Positions 25,966 to 39,402 of a stretch of DNA of 64,000 nucleotides are shown here, one piece after another. The notes under the pieces are model-generated. The model saw nothing but the letters and a program-made list of their open reading frames with translations. It was not told the DNA's origin and searched no databases. Position 1 is the first letter of the stretch, and the number at the start of each line of letters is the position of its first letter. The DNA comes from Camelus dromedarius (lineage: Eukaryota), in the NCBI RefSeq assembly GCF_036321535.1, contig NC_087437.1:90832001-90896000 (forward strand), in the 5' to 3' direction. Both the position numbers and the translations under genes were made by a program.

Positions 25966-28499
25966 AATTAGCATTTTTATCTATACCATAATTATGGTAC
26001 AGGAATCAATTATTCCCCCTGAAAAACTTTTTTCTTCCCCTTCTAAAGCATTATGCAATATATGATACTAGAACTCATTATATTTATAAATACAAAAATG
26101 TTTCTTGAATGCTTTTAGATTTTAGATTTGTTCAGTCCATGTTTAACAAGCTCATGGCATTCTTATGTATATATAAAGAAAATGATCATTCTTTTATAAG
26201 CAAAAATGAAATGTTATTTAGAAGATGAACTTATTTAAAATAACAAATTGAATCAAAAACTGAATTCTTACGTTATTTCTATGTTTTTGTTAGGCATCTT
26301 GATTTCTGTTATTATACTAGTTTAAAATTGTAGTATTGATATGTGAAAAATAAATGGAGAAAAAATTAAAATTGCCAATTTCTAGACTTAAAAAATGTCA
26401 ATTTAAAGCCAGTATATTGAAGTAAAAGATAAATTTTAGAAAAATATATTTTATTTAAATTAAAGAGAAAAAAATTACATGCTAAGCGCAGTTTTCCCTA
26501 GACCCACTCTCTTCCATCATTCTAACCACTCTATATTAACAAACTGAGTCTGAGCTATACCTCTTAATTACTATAGCTCAATTCTTAAAACATAACATGT
26601 ATAACTAATCTCCTTTCATTATGTTAGTTACATGAATGTAATTATTACAAATAAATGTCTGCGAACTGTTGCTTATCTTTGAGAAGAATAGATGATTGTG
26701 GCTAAGTTTTAAACAACACTTTGGGTTTAGTGTTGTGAGACTTGTATCATTCTTATCCTCAAAATTATAATATAATTGCTATTTTAATCCACTGAATTTG
26801 TGGTAATTTATTATATTAGAAATAGAGAACGAATAGTCTGCAAGAGCTGGATCCATATTGAACCTAAACTGCTCTCTGCAAATCACTAATTTCTCTCATA
26901 GTTGTCCTAATTTATTTTCATTTTTATTTTATTTTTAGAAATATGTAGCTTTTTAAATTTGATTTTTCAATTTGTTTTTGAAAATGTTACTTGAACTAGA
27001 CAAGTTCTTTTACATCCATATTGGGTTCTTCCCATAATGGAATCATTTGAAATTTTATGGTCTCAATTTCATTCTCAGAACTTCTCTCACTTTACTTGCC
27101 AAACCTGTTTTTCACTGTTGGAGACTCCTTTTTTTCATGCTCAGGAGGTAAATTTCAAATACTATTTTATGGCTGTCCAAAATATAGTATTCCATTATAT
27201 TTGAGGTTTTTTTTCCTTTGTGTATCATTAGTTATTGAATGTCCTCTGTTATTAGAACATATTGATTATTTAAATAAAATAAATCATATTGAACTTAGAG
27301 AAAGTAATGGGCAAAATATTTACACAAGCAATTTTGAAGACTGTATTTTTTCATCATGCCTGCTAAAATTAAAAACATATTTCCATTTAAATTTTCCATT
27401 TAAATTTTTGAAGAGTGACCACAGTTTTCATAGTTTTGTTTTTTTTTTTAATGTTTTCTGTACTTCCTAGAGCTAGAAGAAACAATGAAATACATTTTTT
27501 TTTTTTTTTTGGTCATGAAGTTATTACTATTGTAAATACATGAAAATTTAAAGAGCTGTTTCTTGGTTCACCTTGTTAGGTATCTCATGAAAATATGTTG
27601 TTCTTTTTACTGTTGTTACTATTCTTGATATGGCATGAATTCAGCCACCCCTAGGAACATTTTCAGAAGTTATTGCAAAATTCCTTCTAAGTATTAAATT
27701 GTAGAGCAGGAAATTGGGATTTATTTCACTTTTCTAGGAGAAAAAAAAAAAAAAAACTTCAAGATCACTCCACAGTTTTTCACATATATTAGTATTGTCT
27801 TTAATGATAGAAAAACAAATATGGAATAGATTAAAAATATAACTTTAGTCATATTTTGAACTCTAATGTTATAATAATGTAGTTAAAACTACAATAGATC
27901 ACAGTCATTCATAGAAATACATAGATTTTAGATGTATATCTATATTTATGTTTTCACTAATGTAAAGCTATTATAGAAATCTGTGTTAAATTTTCATGTC
28001 TCTGTCCAATTTCAGAGACAGTGTTACATATTTTGAATTTCTTAATCCATAAACAGTGGTATTAATATGGCTATTAATTGAAACATTGTCTAACTCTCAG
28101 TCAGTTGTTTTTGTTTGTTTGAATTTACAGGACATATTTCACATCTAGTCATTTCTGGTTACCTCTTGAAGAAAACTCAAAGCTTTAGTTAATATTCAAA
28201 ATAATACTTACTAGTTTAAGTCTAGATTTCTGTGTTGGTTTCTATATCCAGCTTATTTTTTTTTCAGAATGTACAATGATCCATAACCTATATTTGGAAA
28301 TATACTTTTCTTCCTAGAACAATTTATAAAACTATCTACTATAGGGGGAGTCTCTATCTTTCTTAGGATGCTATATGCATATATTCATGAAACACTGTCT
28401 GGTAGGAAAGCAAATTTTCTGCACAGCTATTTCCTTCTCAGTTCTAAAGAGGTTAAGATGGAATACTGATATGTGTTTTTGGGAGGGTTGTGAGCTCTT

Positions 28500-28612
28500 T
28501 TATAGACTGTGAACTTCTAGCAAGTATGATCTGTATACATTGTTATTTTTGTATTATCAGATCAAAAAAGGTTTGGAACACAAATAAGTTGGTTAAATTA
28601 GCAAATGGATGA
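28500..28612 (+). mobile_element. L2 3' end relic
   Basis: tagactgtgaacttct...tttggaacacaaataagt...aatggatga. Confidence 0.5.
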
Positions 28613-28714
28613 TTTGTTGTGGTTCTGATTTGCACCTATCTTTTTAGTAAGCTTTCTAAGGTGGTTTTTTTGTTGTCTTGTTTTATTTTTTGTTTTTTGT
28701 TTTTTGGGGGTTTT

Positions 28715-29132
28715 TTTGGAGCAGAGAAAGGTTTATTGCAGGGTGGAGCAAGGAGGACAGGGTGGCTCATGCCCAAGAAAACCCCAAACTCCCCGAAGGG
28801 TTTCAGCAAAACATATTTAAAGGCCAGAAAAGGGAAGTGGTTTGCAGGGTATGTGATCGGCTCGTGTACAATTCTCTACTTGGTTGATGTTGAGGGAACA
28901 GGGTGGTCAACACTATCAACCCTTGGGCTCCAGAAGGTCTGGGGGCCATGTACTGTACTCTTGATCATCAAGTAGTTAATTTATTCTCTTTGGTGATGAT
29001 TTTTAGCATCTGAAAAACTCAGGAAATGTACATAAAATACTATTCTCTGAGTACTTCAAAGAGGAGCTGCAGTAGAGTATATGAGGGAGGGGTCTGACCC
29101 TGGAGGGCCCCACAGGATCCTGCTCAGTTATG
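28715..29132 (-). mobile_element. ERV1-class LTR (U3+R) ending in an A-rich tail
   Basis: Antisense AATAAA at 28732-28737, antisense TATA (tatttaaagg) and CCAAT-like region. LTR start-like ctcagttatg. T-rich tract at 28665-28717. Confidence 0.8.
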
Positions 29133-29199
29133 AAAGTAGTATTCTACGACAGCACTTCTGCCTGCCTCTGCCTTTCGGCAGCCTTGCCCCTCTTTGTCA

Positions 29200-29402
29200 C
29201 ACTGTCTTGCTTTATTACCTGGAATTATCTTGTTTATTTATTGTTATACTTGTTTGCTGTTTGTCTCTCTCCTCCCCCATTAGAATACAAGCTCCAAGAT
29301 AAAGAGTACTTAATTGTTTTTTTCACTGCTTTATCTCTAATGCTTCACCCAGTGTTTGGAACTAACATGAATTTTTCAATAAAAATTTTGGAATGATTGA
29401 AT
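29200..29402 (+). mobile_element. L2 3' end relic
   Basis: gtctctctcctcccccattagaatacaagctcca...ttcactgctttatctcta...caataaaaattttggaatgattgaat. Confidence 0.75.
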
Positions 29403-29601
29403 TAAGTGGCTTTGGAGTTGGATCTTTAGATGGGCAGGATTGGGATATTCAGTAAAAGGGATGGGAGAGATTATTTTAGGTGGAGGGCACTTGAAGTTCT
29501 GCAGGGAGTGGAGAATGAAAGATGGATCTGGAAAGTGGGTTTAAGGAAGATTCTATTGAGATACTGTAGTGGATTAGATATGGAGAATAAAAGAGATAAG
29601 A

Positions 29602-30082
29602 TATTGTGGGAGAATTGGTTCTTGCCTCATGCAGGAAAGAATTCAAGAGCACGGCATGGTAAAGTGAAAGCAAGTTTATTTAGAGAGATACACACTCCAT
29701 AGACAGAGTGCAGTCTGTCTCACTCAGAAGGGGAAACAACCTAGGAGATACATACTCCATAGGCAGAATGTGAGCCATCTTAGAAAGATGAGAGGGAGAG
29801 AATCCGAGAGGTGTGAGGTGTTTAGTTTAAAGTAAAAGTAGATACACGCTCCATAGACAGATGTGGGCCGTTTCATAAGGCAAGAGAGAGCAACAGAGAG
29901 AGAGCAACCACAAGGTGCAGGTTAGGTTTTATGGGCTTGGTAATTTCATATGCTAATGAGTAGGAAAATTATTCCAACTATTTTGGAGAAAGGGGAAGGA
30001 TTTCCAGGAACCTCCCTCCACCCACTTCTTAACCTTTTATGATCAGCCTAGGAACTGTCTTGGCACCTATGGGTGTGCCATG
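29602..30082 (-). mobile_element. ERV1-class LTR with internal repeats
   Basis: gaaagaattcaagagc...gtgaaagcaagtttatt (antisense polyA), ttttatgggcttggtaatttcatatgctaat, and three copies of agatacacactccatagacaga. Confidence 0.75.
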
Positions 30083-33000
30083 AGGCTCTTGAATGGCCTT
30101 TGCCCCCTCTTCTCTCAGACATCTTTCACTTCTCAAAATGATGAAGAACCTTAAAATGCAAAATTATTTGACTTTGCAATTGCAGATAAAGTTCAAGATG
30201 CAAATTTGACTAAAATAATTTAATATAGAGACATATTATATTGATTTAAGCATATTTACATTAAGCACCATAAGAATGGAGATCTAAAGACAGAAAAGAG
30301 GGTCAGCTTTTTACACCTTGCAGAGCATCTCCCTTGCTGCAGTCTATTGAAAGTCACCTTAGACACAGTTTGTGGAACAACAACAGCAAAAAAACCCAGC
30401 AAAGAGAAAGGACAGCCTTTTTTAAAATAAAGCACAGAAGATAAAATTTGAAAATAGCAAAGATCAAAAATGAAATATACATAGTTCGTAGTAACTCCTA
30501 CCTTTAATTAAACTCTCTTTTTATAACAGCTGTATATACACATGTTTATTCCATAATCATATACACTAATTTAAATTATATTTTCCAAATATTTTACAAT
30601 CACTTTGAATATGTAAACACCATTAGTGATTTACTGTGTGCATCATTCACTTGACATTATTTGAAGGAACATAAATATATGTCAGTCTTTTCTTCTAAAA
30701 ATAGTACTATATTAGTCATTTTGTGTTCCATTAAGATAAGGATCATTCATCATTGCTAAAATTTGAACTCTTTCAGGAACTCTTTGGTTAATTCAATAAA
30801 TTAATCTATGATATTAAGGGAAGTCAACTATGAGAAAATAGAAATTGACTGCTTTGGAAATCTGTACATGCTACAGAGCCCATGACTGTAATTTCAAAAT
30901 GGGATATGGATATGTTTATAAGTAGGAGATGTAGGTATGTAAGTTTGATGATGAAAATAGCCTAAAATAAACATGTGAAAATGTTCAACTCATTTTAACA
31001 TTCTGGTGTCTAGTCTTGCAAATTCAATTTATTTCCTAGTTGCACCAGATACCAACTAAGCACCATTTGGTGTGACAACCAAGTGTAAAAAAATCAATCC
31101 TTTTGAAATAATGGAGAAGACTATCTTGGAAAAAAAAAAAGGCTGTTTAGTATCTGTACTTCTAACGTGTTTTCTTAAAGACATTGTTTATAGTGAAATA
31201 TAATTGGGTCACTTCCAGTGATGAGAATTTAGATCCCTGATTATCCTAGACACTATGGCTTATCTCCTATTTCAAATGTTGGCTAGATTATAATGGTAAT
31301 GTCTTCATAATGATCAAAAGCAAAGGCTCCGTTAATGGGGTTATCAATATGATTGTAGATGCTGCCAAAATCTTTTGGCTCAAAATCAACTGCTATCACT
31401 GTGTCCAGTTTCTTTTCATATATATCATAACATATAAAGGAAGACAGCAACACCATTGAGATCTAGAATTATAGGGACTATGTGGTATGATTATAAATAC
31501 AAAACTTTAATTTACAATTGTTATCTAAGAAGTAAATTATTTATTTCCCATTTATACATAGCCACCTTTATCTTCTCAGATAAATCAAGGGCTAAAATAT
31601 ATGGGAATATTTGATCTTAAAAATAATTAGATAAAATATCATTTACTTGATTTTATTAAATATTAATCAGAAATATTTTCTTACTGAATAAACCAGAAAG
31701 TTTCAGGTTTTTTTTTGTTAGCCATTTTTAAGAAAATGAGAAAAGTTTAGCTTCCTTAGATTTTCATCAAGTATGGGGGGATCGGGAACAGAGTCAGAAG
31801 GGCTTTCCATCAGAAGCATACGAGGGAATCATTTCTGTTTACATGATTGAAGCTTTAGGGACCAATAAAGAATAAAGATTCTTAAATCTAAAAAAAAAGA
31901 GAACAGAACCTTTTCAGAAAATATTGCAGATATTTATTCACTTTGAGCAATGAGGGAAAAAAAGTCTTAGGGGAGATATTGGTAATAAGTTAGTTATCTT
32001 AATTTTATCTTAGATCATTAGGTTTAATCAAGCTAGTTGCAAGAAAGGATGCTTACTTTCGTGTTTCCTGCTGATCTACTGAATCCTTGTAATCTTTTTT
32101 TATGCCACAGCTCAGTTGGAATCCTTGTCTGAAGCCATATTACTCGATGCAGGAAAGGGCTTTTGAGAAAATAGGATAATGTTATTCACATTGAATCTTT
32201 GAACTTTTTTTTCAAGAAGGAATTATTGATTGTGTCAGCATCCTTCACACTGCATTGCAAAGATTCAATGTGGAACAACGATTCATTGTATAAAGGAACA
32301 CAGGACATGATTGCCCTGCTTCCGACCCTGTTAGTACTTTAACATTGGACTGCTTTACCCAGCCTCTTTGACATACAAATCATCCCTATTGGTTTTTAAC
32401 AATATAAACTGTATTTGTATGCTGCTGTTATATTATTTTATCCCATTACATTCACAAACCTTATTTAGGTATTGAAGCTTGTGACCAGATCTCTTGATAT
32501 AAGGTTAATTGGAAAAATAAAAAACAGTACCTATCCATGATCTAGTTCAAAACAAGAGCTTACATGAGAGAATATTTGCTGTATGAATATAAAGTCAGCA
32601 ATAGAGTAAAAAATTGAAGGCACATAAACTCTGCATGCTAGACATAGACATTTTTAAAAGTTATACTTTTCAAGAATTTTTAAAGCATAGGGTCATACTT
32701 TGAGTAAATGATCAAGAGAAAACTCTATCTTGCATTGAAAGTTGTATTTGTAATAGCTTCATGCAATATACATATTTAATTAAACCTATTTCTGATCTAA
32801 AGTTTACTGCTCAATGATGGAAATGAAAATTCAAAATGTATTGGGGCTTTTTTCACAAAGGGTACTATTTGTCTTTTAGTTTTATGTCTACATGGTTTTA
32901 AAAATAATAAAAAAAAAAAAACCTTTAGATGCCAGAATTTGAATCACTGCTCCTTCTCAAAGTCCCTTTCCATATTTCCTTTGTTTAGAACATAAATTTA

Positions 33001-33095
33001 TTAATTTTCATATGTTTTAAATTTTTGTACTAATTCATAATAGTTTAATATAGTGTCATCAACTCTAGTAATGTTTTACAAAATGCATTATCATA

Positions 33096-33475
33096 TGTTG
33101 GTTCCCAAACTGGCCCCATTACAAAAAGGCAAGAAGAGACCAAAGAAAGAGGCAGACCACTCTAGATTAGTAGGTGGCAAGAGAATGTTTGATAAGCAAG
33201 AGAATTTACTTATGATACCACAAGATGAGTAGATCTCTGCACCCACCCAGTAGAATCTATAAAGTTTATATAGTGTCCTTAACTGGGTTCAGACACATAC
33301 ATAATCCAAGTGGTCTCAAAAACAGCATACTCTCTCAAAGCCATGTCCTTGAAACAGATCCCACTGTGGAAATGGTAGGCAGAGTGTATGTTCCAAAGAC
33401 AGAGGAGGTGATGAGGACACTCCTATTGCCCACATGGGTCAGTGAGTATTCACATCTTGATCATTGTCTCCAACA
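33096..33475 (-). mobile_element. Solo LTR, probably ERVL class
   Basis: Inverted termini tgttgg...ccaaca and a perfect 5-bp TSD tcata (33091-33095, 33476-33480). Antisense TATA (gtttatatag). Confidence 0.85.
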
Positions 33476-34485
33476 TCATAATAGTATCCCCGGTGACATT
33501 AGTGACAAACCTTAATACAAATTTTCATTTAACCTCATGAGATATATGAAAGCATATTAAAAAATCAACAGAATTTGTAAACATTTCCCAAGAGTTCACT
33601 CAAAAAGTTCAAGATTTAATGCCTAGTTGGATTAAGAAGAGTAAATGTTGAGGTGTTAGTGTATGAAACCATATCTAACCATGTAACTATGTGCTTGATA
33701 TTGTAAAACAGAGTAAGGAATTCCAAGGAACACTTTGACCGCTCTATTTCAATTATGTATGTGCTTGTGCTTGAATATGTGAGAAAATGTTAAAGATTCC
33801 AAAAACAGTGGGTGAAAGCAAAGACATATGCTTCTCATTAGTATAGAGGACATACATTCCTGATGAAATATAAAAGCTTGATTGGGAAATTATACTTGAT
33901 TTAATTTTTAAAAATAATTTTATTATAACTTTAGTATATTTATTAATATTTATTTTTACTAAAGTGAAGTAACATTTAATTTTACTTTATATGTGTGATG
34001 ATGCTCTAAAGTGAATGAATTATAGCCAAAATGGTATTCAAAATGACTGTTGTCCTGAGCACACAATTCTGGCTAAAGGTTCTGTCTATAATGAGGAGAC
34101 ACAATCTAATTCATTTAATAACATGCTCAATAGAGATTTTGCTTATAAGTTTTAGCCAACTCACAGGCAAATTTATAAATCTTATAGGAGGAAAATATAC
34201 ATTTTCTACTGGAATATCTCCAAATATAGAAACTATTTCATAAAGCCATCAGCTAATTTTCAAATGTTCTAATAGTTGTTTATCCTTGTTATTGTGAATC
34301 ACATAAAATTTCAGTTTATTATATTGAATCACAGCTCCTACAGAAGTGACATTTCTTGCCACATTCTTACAAGCACCTTAAAAACTTCAGTTGAGGCTTA
34401 ACCCAAGTAGTCTGCTTTTTTCATGCATGATATTCTTCTACTTTACTTAGCATCCTATTTCCATAGATTCTTCTTATTATTATTG

Positions 34486-34505
34486 TCATCATCATCATCA
34501 TCATC
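34486..34505. repeat. Short (CAT)n microsatellite
   Basis: ~6 units. Confidence 0.8.
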
Positions 34506-34611
34506 TAGAATGTCCTCTATGAATTGATGTATATCTAAAATAAGATTAGGAAGTCAGCAAATCCAAGAAGACCCTTCCCATCAATTTCCTCCCATCTGGG
34601 TACTCCCTAAG

Positions 34612-34835
34612 TCAGGGTTTGCCAGCTGGTATGAACTGTGTACTACACATAGGTTTAAAATGAACAAACTGAAAGTGTGCTGAGCTGTTATTCTTCTCAG
34701 CATTCATATGGAAACTGATGTGACTAGAGGCTGTGGACTGGTTCAGCTGCAAGTTGCCTTCGTACTACAATAATGTGTCATAAACATCATCATGTTCTGT
34801 GTGTGTTAAGTGAAAAAGTTTTGAATATAGTGTTC
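34612..34835. mobile_element. hAT-Charlie MITE relic
   Basis: cagggtttgccagctgg ... gtgaaaaagttttgaatatagtg resemble degenerate Charlie-type TIRs about 220 bp apart. Confidence 0.35.
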
Positions 34836-36234
34836 TAATACTTAGTCATGTAATTTTCATTCTTTCCATTGAATGTTTAAAAACAATTGTCCTATTTTTT
34901 CTAATTCATATCTTTTACCTCCCTAAATAAAATGTAAAAATCACAAGGATAGAGACTTGTCTTTTGCACTTTTGTGTTTTAGGGAAGATCATAATAAATG
35001 CTGTATTCATTATGGTTGTTAAATACATTGTATGCCTAATGAATGAAGAATGAAAGAAAATTGGGGTAGTGGAGGTGAAACAAAAGCTTCACACATCCTT
35101 TTATATTCATGGAAAACATGGAAATATTTGGTTATTTGTATGATTTTCTGACCTGGGATCATATTGAGTTTAACAGTACAACTTGAAAAATTATTCATAA
35201 GTGAGAGAGAAAAAAATATTCTTCAGTTCAGATTTCTACCTGTTCGTGGTTCTTAGGTTGATTTGCATAGAGTTATCCAAGTTTAAGGTTTTATGATTGG
35301 GCATTTTCTTTACTAGGTATCCTAAAATAAGTCATCCAGTCATTTTCCTACTTTAATTAAATTAAAAAAAAAAGTCAAGCTTTTCAATTATCACTTCCTA
35401 TCTGCAACCTAAACTAATTTACATTCTCAATACTGGATTTATTTTCTAATTTATGTATTTCTCAGTTTGACTACATAATCCTTTTTTTAAAGATGGTAAG
35501 CAATTTAATCTTAAAAAAACATAACTTCCCAACAACTCTCCTTAATTTCCATTGTTTTCATATTACTGAATACATTTTCAAAGATGAAAAAGGAGGTCAG
35601 TTCTTCAAATTGAACTGTATCAAGTCTTTTGAGATGCATTTAACACCTTTGCTGGAAGTCTCAGTAGAAAAGCATATCATTTGATATAAACTGGCATTCT
35701 TTCCTTCTCAGCCAGAACTGCAAAATAGTTTTTGTCCTGCTGGTGTGGTTGCTTCCTTTATTCACCAAAAGAAAATTAATACCAACTATATTTGAAAGAA
35801 CAGTTGATGTGTGGCCATTAACAACATAAGAGTGTGCATTACAAGACCTTGAAGTATTTACCTATTGTCAAAGCATTTCTGGGAACAGATGATGAAAGAA
35901 AGAATTGAAATAAGGTTCTTGACATTTTTTTGTTTCTTCTCCTATACCCACCATCCTTTATCTGCATTTGTTGTCTACACACAACTAGCCATAAATGAGG
36001 GGAGCGGAGAAGAGAGAACTGAAGGGAAAAGAAGTGATATTCCACGAAGTATATAAATGTGACAAAGTACATGTTTAAAATGGTGGTGAGATGATGGATA
36101 TGCAGAATTAAGGTTCTTAAAATGGATACAAAACGCAACTGAATTAAAAAACATTGAAGATTGAGTACAGTTGTTCATGAGGCTTCAATAATTGTACTTT
36201 TAAAGTATGATTTTAAGTTGTTTATACAAAAATT

Positions 36235-36425
36235 AATTAATTCAAAAATTGTTTATTTGGTGAATATTTATTCATATCTGTTGTATGCCAGATATCTTCA
36301 AGGTACTGAAGACAGAATGATAAATAAGGCATCAATGCCAGAGGAAACTAACATTTTAGTGAGAGCAACTGAAAATAAGTAACAAATAAGTAAACAAACA
36401 TATAATAATGATAGCTATATGTGCT
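36235..36425 (-). mobile_element. L2 3' end relic
   Basis: aatatttattcatatctgttgtatgccaga...aggtactgaagacagaatgataaataag. Confidence 0.65.
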
Positions 36426-36514
36426 ATTTACTTTAAAAAAATTATTTTTACATGCCTGCAAAAATTAACTTACAAAAGCACATATTTTAATAAAATACTA
36501 TTTGCAACATCACA

Positions 36515-36955
36515 GACAATAAATTTCCCCATATTGATTTATGTATAAAATGAATCACAGTGAAAATCTAAAAAAATTAGGTAAAACTAAACAAGCTGTT
36601 TGCAAAATTCACATGGAAGTGCAGATGACCATGAATAGCTAAGATTCTCTTCAATAAGGAAACAAGAAGGGAAGATTTGTTCTACTTGATATCCAAATTT
36701 ATAATAAAGTTGTAGCAATTAAAATACATTGCCTAGGATAGGAAAATAAACAAAAATAGCAGAACATAGATGCCGTAAACAAACTGAAACACTTTGTCCT
36801 TTGATTTATGACCAGTTTGGCCCTGAATAATAGTGGAAAATTAAATACCATTTCAATAACTCATTCTGGAATAACTGAGTATCTAAAAGGGAAAAATAAA
36901 ATTATCTCTACCTTACACTGCAGAAAAAATAATTCCAGGTGGATTGTAGATCTCC
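36515..36955 (+). mobile_element. Old L1M(E) ORF2 fragment
   Basis: aaaattcacatggaagtgcag...gaatagctaaga, ctacttgatatc...ataaagttgtagcaattaaaa, aaaataattccaggtggattgtagatct. Confidence 0.7.
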
Positions 36956-39402
36956 CATATACATGGTATCTCTCTCATTTTATTTCAGTCTTAAAAATCA
37001 TTTTCAAATTGCTTAATCATTTTCATTTAACAATAGCATATGCTGTTTTTTAAAAACTTTTGTGTTAGTGTTGCTCATGTTCCTTGGATTTGTTTTTTCA
37101 GGTTTATTAAGTATTAATCTTTTTTCTCTGCCCTACTCTCCCTAGCTCATCTTTTCATTGCTTTGTTAGTTTACTTATTTTATTTTGTTTTACCTTTTTT
37201 TTTCTATAGCCCCTCCCTAACTTCTGATGACAATAATCAAGAATGTGCTAATTTTTAGGTAGTTTGGTGTTTTCTTCAACGGTTGGGGTATAATACTGAA
37301 GATACAGTCAGCTGAGATGGCTTCCTCCAATTCTTATATAGGCATAAATTCCAGGAACAAGTTGGTTACAGATTTTAGGGGATTCCTATATAAGCATAGG
37401 AGATCAGTAGCAGCCTCTGGCTTAAAAATGGTAAGTCTGAATTCAGTACTCTGAATAACTAGAGATGGCTTATTTCAAAGGGGGTAAAACTCTTAATTGC
37501 TCATGTATAGACTTAGGAGCTGGTAGTCCTATGGCTACAGTCCCAGTTACTGCTTTCATTTCATTTTCATTCTGAATACTGGATACAAAAATATTTATTT
37601 TGTGTTTCCTAGCAGCAGCTTCTCTCTCTCTCTCTGTGTGTTTTATCTAGAATCATTGTACTATCCAAATGCCTAGGCAGTTCCTTCATCAACTATCATT
37701 TACCTTCACACACCTCTATTAATCAGTGATTCTGATACAGAAACAATATTGCTGATGGTTTAATGTAAAATTATAGGCACTGAAATGTTCCTGGTGTTCA
37801 AATGAAAAATGTAAGTATCTCAGGTGTACTAAAAAATACATTATTTTTCGTTGTCTGTTGAAAAAGCCAATAGTGGTTTCTCCTTTAGTTTAAAATCTCA
37901 AGTGTTTTCTATTGATGATACTGACTTGTGGATACCTTAAGTTAAAATACTTGTATATTAATTATTTCTGCAATAGAATCTGACTTCGAATTGATATTGC
38001 ATACAAAATACAGACAACTAATTTAATTTAATTTTTCCAGTATTATTCAGATTGTTCCAGGAAATAATAAATAATAATCAAAGCTCAACTTCCCTAAATA
38101 TTATCTATAGGTCTAATTACCACTTTAAAATTGAGTAATTATATTCCAATAAATATATTGGAATGGAAAGGTATTTAATAATAAGCAATATAAAATTTGA
38201 ACTATGGTCAGTATACTTTATTATCTTCTTTTTTAAAAAAAAATCTAAAAATTTTAGCTTAGTATTTATTATCTTGAAAGAAGTTTTCAATTTTAGCACT
38301 CATTGAGTTACTCTATTAGAAAATCTGGGCTAAGCTAATACAGTCATTATCTATTTAGGAATTCTAGGAATAGTGTGTTCATGCTTTCCTTCCTAGAATT
38401 ATTTGCCATTTCAAGTAAAGCCTTTATTTCATTCTTTATTTTCTAGGACTTCATTATCTATGCTAAACCTGACATTTTCCAGATTGAAGATACTGAATTT
38501 GTCTTTTTTGGCCATCTGTGTTAATTCCTGTGCTAAAACCATCAGTTATCACTTTACTCTAATTAAATCCAACTATACATATCATTCGATGCCCTAATAA
38601 CTTCTTTTCTGCAATCCTTCCTCCCTCCTTGATAAAACCAAGTTTTATCTATGCCAAAAGTGATTCTAACTCAATGTCTCCAAGATAGATGAGCATGTGC
38701 TGTGAATAGGTAGCTACCTGGAAAAGGACCTTTCTACCTCTCACTTTGATGAAGCTTTTCCATTTTTATCCACCCTAAGAAGTGGTAATTTTGAAATACT
38801 CCTCTGCATTTCTAATAAAAGCATACAACTGTGGTCACTTTCAACTTTGCCTCTTTTGCAGTTTGTTATCTGTGTCTTCTTTAGTCATCTTTCACACATT
38901 TTACTTTGTTATTGTTGTCTTTTGTTTTCCATCTACTTGGCTTACAAAAGGTAGGGTGGATACAAAAGGTAGGGTGCTTGATTTTTTAAAATTTTATATG
39001 TAATCACATAATATTTTTATGAGAATTGTAACTGATTTGTGTGGTGATTATTTTTCATGTTTGCTAAAATTTCTAGACAATTAAATCTGTAGATACCAAT
39101 CAATATTATTATACTATAATAATCTAATATTATATCTTGCTCTACTATCTCTTATTCTCTTAAAACTTCTGTCTGAACACATCATTGCTGGCTACCTGCT
39201 GTGACGTGCAAAAATTCATTCCTATATCACCATGTACTCAAATAGACAACTCCACTGACTATTTCAGGTCAAAACTGCCTTTTTTAAGTTAAGTTTGTTT
39301 TAGAACTGCTCCTTTTTTGTTTGTATAAATTTTATTTTTACCTTGAAAAGCAAAATTGTATCTATGTTGAATGTGACTCTATTTGTCTAGCACACATCCC
39401 AC

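Noticed and set aside
27057..27470. 137-aa ORF in non-repeat DNA
   Set aside because: F/L/S-rich composition typical of T-rich noncoding DNA, with no domain or splice support.
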